A stretch of DNA of 64,000 bases from Ramazzottius varieornatus (Eukaryota; Animalia; Tardigrada), in the NCBI GenBank assembly GCA_001949185.1, contig BDGG01000009.1:248001-312000 (forward strand), written 5' to 3'. Made by a program: the position numbers and the translations under genes. Position 1 is the first letter of the stretch. Every line of letters starts with the position of its first letter. Below, piece by piece: positions 1 to 11,714 of the stretch. The notes beneath the pieces were generated by a model that searched no databases, had not been told where the DNA came from, and was given only the letters and a program-made list of their open reading frames with translations.

Positions 1-1669
1 AGTGGCGCACTCTTCCGGCCATTAATACTGTGAACGTGTGCCAATTGTAAACACGACCTGGCCGAGTTTGATCGCCGAAGTGGCGCACGTTTATAGTGTC
101 ATTAGCTGAAGCAGTGCGCCACTTGGGAGAAAAACAATCTGGGTTGTGTTTGCTTGCCGAGCTTCTCATTGACCAAAATAGCCCGGGGAAAAGAAAAACC
201 TAGCTGCCGCGATTTTCTCGGCAGATAGGACAACCGAAAGATCAAAGCAATGTAATCTTGCTCAGGTACGTAAACACTCATCTTACCTGGGTTGAAAGTG
301 GGGCGACGTGTTTACAATCCGATGATATCCGTCGAAACTGAGTGCACCGATAAGACGCGCAAATGCAACAATAAAACTTTTGGCCCTATAGGCATCGATT
401 TGCCCTCAGCATCGAGCCTCAATGCAGTTCACGAAAGTTGTATAGTATGTCAAAGGTGCTTTTAGCAGAGCGGATATCTTTGTTCAGCGGAATTACAGTA
501 TGACATGCATGCTACAGAATAATTTCCAGCCATGCGAGCAACTTTGCCGAAGATTAGCTAGTCAGGTCCGTCCAGTGCGCATATACGTACGAGGTACCAG
601 CTTGCAAGCTCCAGATTCAGGCTCGCAAACTGTGTTGTCGATATCTAATATTTTAAAGCAAACAGATGTGCAAGATTAGACAAAATGACTGTATCAGCGT
701 ATCCAGTGTCTTTCGGTGAAGACGTCTTCTCAGGCAATGATCGACCTTTGGATTCCGTTACTGTAGCAGTTCCACTGATACAGTAAGTATCCCAACAACC
801 GCAAAAATAAGAACCAGCACGAGGTTGGTTACCAGATACCGCGATCGAAAGTGCGAAGACGAAAGAAACCAGAGCCTGAAAAAACAAAACCTGTCGGCCA
901 CCTTCAGCACTTGAAAAAGTGAAGAGCTTCACAAAGCGGCCAAGACGCGCGCAGTATCTCGCGGCTGTGGAAAATAACGGTGTTAGTGAGACTCATAACT
1001 CGACCAGAAAGCAGGTGCCTCGTTGTAGTAAGATTGCGACGGTGTATTAAGCAGTTCAAACAGCGAGTGCATGTCATTCTGTAGCTGACCGGTTCGCGGT
1101 TCAAGTTTATCGATAAAGAAAGCTGTGCTCGTTTATAGATTGCTTTTATATTGTTATATGGACCGCTGCGTTAATATTTTGACAGGCTGGTCTTCCGTGT
1201 AGCTCGCATGTAGCACTTTATTTGCAAAGGCGGACTTTCTTGCCCATCATACTGGTTAGCTCGCTGTTTGCTGACGACGATGGGCGTCTCACCGTGAAAA
1301 GAACCTTGTGATACCATTTAAAAACGTCGGTAAATAGACAGATCATCTTCTCGGATGGCGCACACTGTTAGCCAATAACATCTACCACGTGCGTCGCTTG
1401 AGGAAGCAAACTCGGCAGATTCTGTTTCCCAGTGGCGCATGCTACCAGCAAATATATCATCGAAACCGTGCGCCACTTGAGGTGACGATCCGAGTGGAAA
1501 CCATATGCCGATTTCCCATATCAGTTCCGTAACAGATGGCGCTACGAGTGCTCAGCAGCGAGTATACGACGAATATTCAAAACTCGACATCTAAGGCAAT
1601 CAGGCAGTTATGAAGCCTTTTGGCTTGGCAGAAAAAACGCATATGCTTCGGAATACTATGGAATCAAGT

Positions 1670-4386
1670 TCAAGGAACAAACGAAATGAGCCTTGTAATG
1701 TCTTCCTCGCCGGAAAATATGTCGTTTGATCGGATTTGCACGTCACAAGTTCGCTTCCGTCCTTCAAAGCCCATCACTTGGTACAATGTATGCAGGACCA
1801 GGTCTCTTCCTCGAGGTCCGCACTTTCGGGTGAGGTCGTCCACTGCACAGTCTAAGAAGGCTTGGAACGCCCTGTCAATCAAAACATCAATCGTAATGGC
1901 GCGAAAGAGAGACAGTAAAGTGGCCTGCTTAATTACCGGCAATATTCGACAAAGAGGAAGTCGAGGCTGGCATCTTGAGAAGCTTGAAGAGCCTTGTGTT
2001 GGGCGGCGTTCATTTTGGCCACCAGATGATGGACACACTCCACTTGGACAGGTTGTGTGCGCAGCCCCAAAAAACACTCGTCGTGATCGATGAAGGCTGC
2101 AAGAGCAACTTGAATGATTTGATAGAGGATGCAGCACTCGTCCCACAAACAAAAGGAGCGCTCATCGGTCTTGGCCATTGTGCTTGAAGGAACAGGACAA
2201 GGAAAAGACAAACTCCGGCAGAGGAGATACTTGAGAGCGCAAGTTAAACAGGCCTAAGTGCTTCTTCAAGCTGCCAACCAACACATATCAACCGCTTATC
2301 CCCCATAACGCAATTTACCCAATAACAAGGACCCAATGCAATTTCCGCCCAACAAGCAGCCACATGTTCCCCCATCTTTCAATCGAGTCTCGGGCCTCAC
2401 AGTCGTGACAGTTCATTCTGCCAAGGGCCAAGTGCTTTATTGGCTTGACACCTTACATGCCATCACATTCCCCAACTGTTCATTTATTCCTCCATCCTTC
2501 AGCGTGACACCACACAAAGTCTCGCCTCTTCTAAGGACCAGTTAAAAACTTGTTGACGGGCAATTGGTAATAATAATAATCCTTTAATTCCACTGCCATT
2601 GTACCATTTACTAACCTTCGAGATAATCGTTCGTTCACCTCTCTCCAGAGGAACCACTGACCCACATCAGATTTCTACCTTCCTTCCCGTTCTTACCCGC
2701 AGATTCCCCCCAACGGTTCCTGCAGTTTTCGCGACAGCGTGAGAGTGTTGTGGTGCATTCATGGGAAGTAAATTGGCCCTTTTCCTAGGAAATTTCCTAT
2801 CAAGTCTGTGCCGAGCACGGTCTTGGGTTTTGTTCAGTTTTGCCAATTTTCTACGGATACTCCAGTCAAAGTCGTGCTCGGCACGGCCTGCTGAATACCT
2901 CGAGAATAAATAATGACAAAAATAACCCACGACTGTTTTGGCAAAGTGAAGGCCTGTGGCGCCAAAACGCTTCAATATACAAAGCAATTGTAGAAAGGCG
3001 ACTTACCAGGGAGAAAAGAGCAATTACTGGGTCTTTTTAATTTCCGACAGGCCGGCGGAAGTACCCCGTGGCATGCTAAGATAGTGCCACCACTTTCCTC
3101 GATCGAGCTTTAGTTATAACGACTTGGACTCGTCTCGACTTGAAAAGAAAGGCGCCAAGACCCCAGCTGTTGCTAATCAATGGCGATCAATGCTTTCTCA
3201 TTTTTAGGCAATGGATGAAATGGAAGGACCAGCACCTCCTATTTGTCATAGCACTGTTGACTTTGTCCTTGGAAGATTCTCCTCCTCAACTGCTGATTGC
3301 TTTTTTGCCGGTTCTGTTGACATTAATCGATGACCAAAATATGGTCGACCCCCCAAAGCCGATAAGGGTAATCGAAATGAACATACAGCAAACCAAGCAT
3401 AAAATATCTGGTCCTCGCAAAATTAATAAAACCTTTGCATGTCATTTCACCGCAGAATAAATTAAAGTAGTCGCTCACCACGACCGGAATTTGAATTTAT
3501 TCAAGTTCATTAAAGACAACGAACCATCGCACCACGTTCACATATTTTTTCGTAGGGAAAGATCACAGTGTAGCTAGCGCGAAAAGAAAGTGCCGTACCT
3601 TGCTGATAAGTTGGTTTGGTACAGAGGTCAATCTGACGGAAGGAGCGCATAAAGATGCGCACTTTCTTGATGATGTCCTTCTCGATCAGGACTTGACATC
3701 CACGTAAGGCACTGTCCACACAGGCCAGTCCGTCATTCAGGGACCTACAACCACAGAGCACTGGCTATCATTCATCCGCGGTTCGATCCATTAGTCCATT
3801 CCAGTCGGTCAACAGAATTAGTGTTCTAATGCTCCCAAAAAAACCTCACGGAAACCAAAAATGAAGCTCTGGCGAACGGGTTCATCCAAACAGTCTTCTC
3901 ATGTGGCGCACACCCTCAGCCAATAGCAATAAACGTTTGCACCCCGTGAAAGAACGACCCGGTCAACGTGTGTTGTGAAGGAGCGCGGCCGTCCAGCCAG
4001 TACTAGTGGAAACTTGCGCCAGTTGGGAAAGCGATCTGGATGAATCTATCTACCGACGTCCCAAATACTGAGAAAAAAGTGCGACCATGGCCCAACTGGT
4101 CCGGTCTAGCTTACCGGCAGTAAAGGCTAATGGTATGAGGAAGTCGCTCTCTGGCCAGCGAGGCCCTGTGATGCTGTTCTCCCCTTCCGTACAATAACTG
4201 TCCCAAGAACCCGCCATCCTTAGACAATAGAGCAAAGCAAGTGGCAAATTCATTGGTACATTGCTCGGCCGAATGCCATCGCTGCTTATGATGCAAGATG
4301 CCATTCTTGTTCGGCAAGGCCAACGGGAAGATGTTGAGGGTCAAGACCAGGGCAAAAGTCAAGTCCAAACAAGCCAGGAACAACAT
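1670..4386 (-). CDS. Secreted cysteine-rich helical protein, ~260 aa, 4 exons (4386-4115, 3744-3599, 2096-1937, 1871-1670)
   Basis: Four fragments join in frame at canonical GT-AG sites. Hydrophobic N-terminus MLFLACLDLTFALVLTLNIFPLALP. Repeated Cys pattern LYCR|SLNDGLACVDSALRGC and EYCR|AFQAFLDCAVDDLTRKCG. Confidence 0.75.
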
Positions 4387-5515
4387 CGTGGACTCTCACA
4401 TCACATCACTAAAGCACAGTGCGCCGCTTGGATTGAGAAGATCAAGCGGGAGAACGGGGAAGATATATCGGTCGTTCAAGCGACAGAAAACAGGAACGGT
4501 TCCATCATCGTTGTCGACTGCAATTCATTCATCATGCAGAGGTTGTGAATTGATCGCCCTGAGTCCTTATATTACAGAACGCGTGTCATGAAGCTGCCTC
4601 ATTTCACACTTTACTGCCTTTAACGGCTTGCCATCTTAGTACTGTTCACGTCCTTGCTCCTTCCTTCCCCTTTTTATAACTGAGCTTAGTCCCACAACCA
4701 TCCATTCATCCGTCTATCTATCCCCAAACAGATGCCAAACATTAGCCCAGCAGCTGGGTCTTATAAGCGCTTGTGGCCATATTCACACACGCAGAGAAAA
4801 GAGGGAAACAATTTATAAGTTTGGCACCATTTTTCTCCTTGATCGATTGCGTGTTGCCTTCTTTCTGTTACGTTCAGGACCATTACGTACTTTCCTCTCT
4901 ATTGGTGGTCCCACAACGCCAGAAAAAATAAGGCGGTATATAATGTACCCTAAAACGTACTGTACGTACGGGAGGAAGGAAGGAAAGCGGGTGGGAATTG
5001 GGTATTACGCCAACAGGAAGAAATGGGAGTTTATCTCGTTTATTTGCCTTGACGGCAAAAGGGCTGGATGTGAGGCATGGAGTGTCAAAACGGATTTCCA
5101 GCTGCGCTTTTCTTCCCACTCATGATACGTCCCTTGTGTATGACCCCGGCGACATCCTGCTGAAGTACTTGTCAGTGCGCGGCACCATGCAATTAGCTCG
5201 TCATCTTTAATCGTAAACGCTCCTCACACTTCCGCAAAACACCGTTTCGTGGCTTTCTACTTCAGCACGCTGCCTCTGTACCACTATAACAAATAACTCC
5301 TCAAAAATATTTATATGGAGATTGATATAGGATGAAAAACTGAGGTTGAACCTGCGAAAGATACACTCCATTCAAAGTTGCTTGGAAATGCATGCCTTTC
5401 TTGGCTTTCGAGTCTTGAAGTATCAGCGCGCCTGCCGAATTAAAGTCCAAGGAAATTTTGCATGTCTTTCGTGGGCTTTTCTTTGGGGGTAATTCGACAG
5501 TGAATTTTGAAAACA

Positions 5516-7372
5516 TGGCGAAAGATTCGTGGGGTGTCGGAGAAGATACACCTTCGTGTAGCGTCCTTTCCGGCGATGAGAGTCAGCCTCTTTACGGCTG
5601 GAATCTGTCGCCCAAATGCTCAAAGCGCGTCGAGCTGGACGAATCTTCCTACCAGAAGAACGAGTACCCGTCTGTGCCTACCGACAATCCTCTCCGCGAT
5701 TCCGGTAACCTGTCCGCTCTCATTCGGATCGCATCAAGACATGTCCCACTTCGACACGAACGAACAAGAAGGTTTTTCAAGAGGAAACGCCCACTTGCAT
5801 TTTACGGCCATCCATCCATAACTTTCCACTTAGAAGCATTGCGCGATGTCCAGAAAGACATTGCCGACATCCAGCGAGATTTGCACAATGCCATATTCAT
5901 GAAACAGCTTTCTTTACTGGATAATCTACAGCCCACACTGAACCAAAGAACTTCTGTTATCATGAGCGGACCACCCGATCCACCGAGTATAGAACCTTCA
6001 CCTCGGTCTGATGGATCCGGACCTGAAGTGTGGACTGGCTTCTGGTTGAGTGAGTAAGTTAGAACTAGAAGTAAATCTCAATCAATATATACGTCGACAA
6101 AAACAGACGCACGACTTCATCCAGTATTACCGATTACATGCGCCAGTTGGGAGAATGAGGTGATCGGGTTTGTGTGCCGAGCTCTCATATCATTATGTTC
6201 TTATTTATGGTGCTTTAACATTAATAGTAATATTTTGGTGAAACTTTGATTTCTGATTTTTTGTCGCAGGCGCACTTGAAAATTGCCTCCCAGCTTCTTT
6301 GTTGATCTGCCCCTGGGACCGTCCCGTACTGCGCCATCTGTTGGACATTCAGTGCGTCGTCCACAAAGACGCTCCCTCCTTCACTCTGAACTTTGTCTTT
6401 GGACAAAATGCCTATTTTTCCAACCCGTCGCTGACTCGACGATTTGACTTTCGTCAGGTAAGCAAGGCGGAAACGATTGGGGACCTCCGGGGCCTGCTGA
6501 GCTATATTCCTGCCTGTTGCACCAGTTGCCCCGTTGGCTGGTTCCCCGACAAGAACATCACGCTGACGCACAAGACTTCGGTCATCAATGGCGCACCTGC
6601 CAGAGAGATAGTTCCTCGAAGATCTTTCTTTAACTATTTCTCTCCTTTAACAATAAATTCTGAGTCAATTGTCGCCCTTTCGATCAAGCAGAAACATCGA
6701 AAAACTCTCGCTAAACTTTTCGAGCTGGACTTCTATATTGCGAACACGATCCGAACCATATTGATTCCTCATGCGACTGCGTTCAACGAAGGTGTATCAG
6801 ACACTGCTGTGACATTCCACCCCGTGAGGAAGGCTGTCGATTTGGATGACAGTCGAATGTGGACCGAAGCCGAAATCGCAGCAGTAGAAAAAAGATTCAT
6901 CAAGCTGGATTTGGGCGTCGACCATTGGGAGGAGAAGAAGAAGACGGAATTAGAGCTGGACAGGGATGTTAAGAGAGCCTTACACAGTGTGGGCTATAAG
7001 GTCCGAAACCGAAGAGCCTGCCACAGAGAAGCGACGACTTCAGGCGAGAGCTCCAGCGACATGGAATGCCGCGATGGGGAAGAGGCTCGACGCAAGACCT
7101 ATCGTGGACTGTTAGAGACCAATACCGTGAAGATGGACAGAAAGCATGTTGGGGTGAAGATGAGCGACTTGAAGAAGGCGGCGAACCGTGTGGCGAGTGA
7201 TGACGATCTAGTCGTGTATGGAGAGCTGGAAAGCAGGACAGAAGATAGCTCTCAAGAGGAGGATATCTCGAGAATGGAACTCCAACTTAGTGCGAGGAAA
7301 GGGGCTCTGTGCAGGAAGAAAGGCGGAAAAGTTGCACAAAGGAAGAAAAAAACAGTGAAAAAAGTTACATGA
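5516..7372 (+). CDS. Divergent nucleosome assembly protein (NAP1/SET family), 2 exons (5516-6049, 6270-7372)
   Basis: Spliced FWLSALENCLPASLLICPWDRPVLRHLLDI, FTLNFVFGQNAYFSNPSLTRRF, CPVGWFPDKNIT, SFFNYFSP and DFYIANTIRTILIPHA follow the NAP-domain motif order. Confidence 0.85.
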
Positions 7373-7893
7373 TTTAGCATCTTTATCCCTTGCGCTTGAG
7401 AATCAAGAGCTCATATCCTTATCGATCACAGCTAGACGTCCAGGAAGCATGCTGAAAAGCCATGTTTGCCGACGACTCGTTGGAAATTTTAACTGTCTTG
7501 AAAACAAGAACACTAGCTGTGCCAGTATACTACGTGCTGTCTGAATGAAACTCCTTTTTTGTCGAACGAACTACAAATCGTGGTAACTCCTGAAGAACAT
7601 TAGGAAAGGTATACAGAACACAGTCGTCGTAATTATTCCGTAATATGATATCACTGTAATCACCTTGATGTAATACCTTCAATACACATTACCTACAGCA
7701 CAACTCCTTCACTCCACCGGAAGTTCACAAGGAATTGCATCAGGAGTTCGGAATCTTTTCTACAGGACATCATCTGGAAGAGCGCTCCCCATCGATCCTA
7801 TCCGAGAAACTTCAGGTACGTGGATTCTTGATATGGAACAGTGGCAGCGTCAGCTGATGGTCATTACTTAACACAGGGAAGTCCTGAGGGAAG

Positions 7894-8457
7894 ATGGTGT
7901 CGCGATTGTTCATCTCGGTGGTGGCTGGCGTGACTGCCGCCGTCGGCTACTGCATCTACTTTGACCACAAGCGCCGCTCCGATCCCAACTATCGCCAGCG
8001 AGTGCGGGAACAAAGAGCCAAACTGCGGCAAGCAGCTAACCGAGCCAACGGCATGCCCGATCCCTCGGACCCCGAAGCCGTCCAGCGCTACTTCATGCTC
8101 CAGCTGCAACGAGGGGAAGCCTGTATGATGAACGGTATGATCGAAGAGTCCATCATGCACTTCTGTAACGCTGTCCGCGCTTCCGGATCGCCTTCGCAGA
8201 TCCTGCGGATTCTCTCCGACTCATTGCCACCGCAAGTCTTCAACTTGATTGTCAAGCGCCTGTCGGAAGATCCCCTGAACCACATCGCCATGCAGAGCAG
8301 TCGCTCTCACCCCCTCAGCAGCCAAGGGGGCGATGGCGCGGCCTTTACATCGGGCTTCCCCCCTGGTGTCGACATGGACAGTGGAGATCATATGGGCACC
8401 TTAGGCAGTGCGTCTGGCGGACCTACCATCACTCTGGTTGATGATGAGCTGGAATAG
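7894..8457 (+). CDS. TOMM20: Mitochondrial import receptor TOM20
   Basis: N-terminal TM segment followed by GYCIYFDHKRRSDPNY; YFMLQLQRGE; acidic end DDELE; probable 5'UTR intron near 7816-7877. Confidence 0.95.
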   Translation: MVSRLFISVVAGVTAAVGYCIYFDHKRRSDPNYRQRVREQRAKLRQAANRANGMPDPSDPEAVQRYFMLQLQRGEACMMNGMIEESIMHFCNAVRASGSPSQILRILSDSLPPQVFNLIVKRLSEDPLNHIAMQSSRSHPLSSQGGDGAAFTSGFPPGVDMDSGDHMGTLGSASGGPTITLVDDELE

Positions 8458-8739
8458 TACTGTCTAATTGTTTTCTTGTTGTTTGTTTCTTGTCTTACTT
8501 TCTTTTAAGTGCCGAAGTTGCTTTAGTGAACATTCTGACGGACTGTCAAAAGTAAGAAAAGGTCATTGCCGAGCTTTTCTGAACAATTTACTTCCGCGAA
8601 TAACGAATGTTTGATTCTTTACAAGTCGCAATGCATAAAAGATGTGAAAAAGTCTTCGCTAGTCCGTTCTGCAATTGTTGGTCGCCCAAAAGAACTTCCC
8701 ATGGCTTAAGCATAGTCTAAAGGACTAATCTCGAACAGT

Positions 8740-8860
8740 CTAGGCGAACGAACTCGATGGGATCGTTTTCCCAAGTGGCGCACGCTTCCAGCCAACAAAA
8801 TCGAAAATATGCGCCACTTGGGAAATGATCCCGTCCTGTCTGTTTGTCGAACTCTCATAA
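8740..8860. mobile_element. MITE family 1 copy
   Basis: GATCGTTTTCCCAAGTGGCGCACGCTTCCAGCCAAC...ATGCGCCACTTGGGAAATGATC. Confidence 0.85.
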
Positions 8861-9503
8861 AGGCTTGAACGGAATCAATCTAAAATTACTTCTGCCATTC
8901 GGTCAGACAACTTGCGATGAAATGTTGTACGAAGAGACCAATGCGTGAGGTGAATGGATAACGGCCGGGACCGGAGTACAGCGGCGATTCTCGTAGGCAT
9001 CGCGGATGCTTGGTTTTGATTTTTGGGCAGTCTACGGGTTGCAAGGGTTTCATCGCGTTGTCGTTTCCCCAATGCATCAAACGGTGTTGAAAGTCAGAAA
9101 CTTTGCAGGTCGGGTCAAAACGGACTTTCAAACTGAGCGAGCCGTTTCCGGAACTGCAACAAAGGAACAATGTGAAGGACCAGTTAGGAACTACTTACGG
9201 CCTTTTGCATATCCTGGCGACGTGACAACCTCCTACCTCTCTTTCACACCTTGTATTACAGTATCTCTTTGTTCCAGGTCGCACCTCTGTCGTCAAAGGA
9301 AGCCACAATCGTGTCTGTGCCTTTCGATGCAACGGGCCTGCTCGTCGAGAGGTACATAAGCTCGAGGTTTGCAAAAATTTTCCATTACTCGGTTTTCCTT
9401 CGTTTGCTGGACACCTGGCAGTGCGTTTGCTTTCTGGTGTCGATCTCTGCTAACCTCACGTTACTAATCCTTACGGTTTGGCACCACAAGTCTTTCCAGC
9501 ATC

Positions 9504-10423
9504 ATGTACTTCCTCGTTGTTTCCGTTTTACTCGTCGGACTTTCCTGCCAGCCGGCTTTCGGTACGATCATACCTTCGCATTCGCAGTCGTTGCCCATTT
9601 TCCACAAGGTTACTTTTCAGACTAATATTGTTCTATTTCTCTAGGTGTTGACAGCAATTCGACGATAGCCAAGCCGACGTCAACAGGCGACTCAGTCATC
9701 GTCGAGAAGATTCCTCTGCCCAACATCACCGTTGTCACTCCCATCCACGAAAGTCCTTCCATTAAAACAGCCCTCCCCACCACACTCCGAGCAAAGCGGC
9801 AGATTGGTTATGGCGCATTGGGTTCTGGTTTAGTGGCTGGTTTGTCCGGGATCTCCAGCGGTTACGGATATGGCTATAACAACGGTAAGACCAAGTTCCT
9901 TTTCTCGCCTTACCCCGATCGACTAACGCATCGTCGTCCACTTGACTAATTGGGTCTCTTTATGGTTACAGCTGTAGGTCTCCAAGGACAAGGTGTGGGA
10001 CAAGGAGCTGGTGTACACGCGTCTCCTTTAGGCTTGGGCTTTGGTGGCGGTTTCGGCGGGCTTGGCTTTGGAGGCTACGGAGCACTTCCGGTCGGATACG
10101 GCAACATCGGAGGACTGGGCGTAGCAGGGCTCAACGGCGGGTTTGGACCAGTAGGAGCCGTCCCCATTGGAGGTGTTATTCCAGTCGGAGGAATGGGCGG
10201 TGGTCTGGTCGGACAAGGAGTTGGAGGACCCGGATGGTCAGCACCCGCAGTCGCCGTAGCTCCACAAGTCACGTCAGCCGTTGTTCCCACCACCGGAGGT
10301 GGGGCCTATGGACGCAGTGATGAGGGAGTCCCAGCAGCCTCTTCTGTTCCTCTTTCCGATACTCAGTCACAGACTGCCAACAGCCAGCAACCAGTTTCTC
10401 AAATCACTAACGTTCAAGGCTAG
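9504..10423 (+). CDS. Secreted Gly/Tyr-rich prepro-protein, 3 exons (9504-9561, 9645-9884, 9972-10423)
   Basis: Signal peptide MYFLVVSVLLVGLSCQPAFG; two phase-1 introns; RAKR furin-type site, then QIGYG and GFGG/GYG/GLG low-complexity sequence. Confidence 0.75.
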
Positions 10424-11714
10424 TCTGTAGACTTCTGTTGGTTTTTTCTCCAGGTTCTAGGGTTCTCTTGTTGACTAACTGACCGTAATTGGCTCTACTG
10501 CTGGATGGTAGATACTTTAAAGTTTATTTTTCATTGTTTTATACTTAATAGACAGCTGGACTGTATGGTCTTCTGTCCCAGTTTTTGAGCGGCTATTGAA
10601 GTTTAAACTCTACACGAATTTAAAGAACTAGTAAAGGTGGTTCCCTGCAGCTTCATCGCGCTTGATTTGTGGCTTGTGGCATTCACGATGTGGGAAAATA
10701 ATTACGCTTTCCGCAGCGACATCGCCACTTGACTCCGGGAGCTTCTAGTACGAGGAGATTAATATAGACTATCCTTTTTTGGCTTGCGTCAGCGTCCTCA
10801 CTGCTGGCGAAGAGCCGGAAAGAGGTAAGGCTAAACGTTGTGAGCGGGTTTAGTAGAAACAAGGCACGATCACAGACTCCAGAACGAGGAACGGGCTTGA
10901 ATTTTAACGACGGCAGCCTGGCCGTGAACAGTCACGTGGAGCCTTCTTAAAATATCCCGAGCACGTGGGTATTTCCAGCTCCTCCTCAACGGAAGTCAGC
11001 GAGGTGGAAAAGACGCTGATGTTTTTCATCTGCTGGCGCTAGCGAAACAGTGGCTGTCAGGTCAGCAAAAAATCGATTGTTAGAGAAAATTGCCTCTAAC
11101 CAGATTTGTCGACGATTTATCATCTTTGTGCGAAAGGAGATGCGTGGTTTGGTGAGGAACTGTTTCAAGTATGAACCCTTGATCACTGTGGAAAGTACCC
11201 CTTTGTCTGGTCTGGATATTGCACTTATACCTTGTTGGTACATCGTGCACTTGATGCTTGGTGTTGCTGATCCGAAGTGGACATATCGTCGTTGATCACT
11301 GGATTCTTCTATCTAAAGCTTTATCTATGAAGAAATCGGACATCTCGAAGGCGCTTCGGGAACAATGTGAGAGCACATCTAATAACTTTTGAATTTTACA
11401 GGTTACTGTGTGCAGGATGTTGCGCGTACGACATCTGAGTTGCATCGAAGGAGGCGGAGTTCGAGCCCGAGCCATATTAAGCTCCGGTCTTTACTGACCA
11501 ATAATGTTTCTCGTCGCGCATCGTTTTTTGAAGAATGTGCGGGCGTCGTGCACATACATATAGCTTGTTTTGGTCTCATTGGTTATTCTTCTTTGCAGAA
11601 TGGACGATCGCGAGGGTGTTCTACGGAAGGAAACGATGCCGTGTGACAGAAAAGGTGTTCCGAAGGCCGTTTGCTAAGAGAATTTAGCTTGAGTTTGGGA
11701 AAGAAGAGCGCAGC

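Noticed and set aside
645-932. Short hydrophobic, Cys-containing minus-strand ORF
   Set aside because: No recognisable family or consistent exon chain.
1620-2093. Plus-strand 157-aa ORF and similar antisense ORFs such as 13574-14122 and 32545-32887
   Set aside because: Shadow frames of real genes on the opposite strand.
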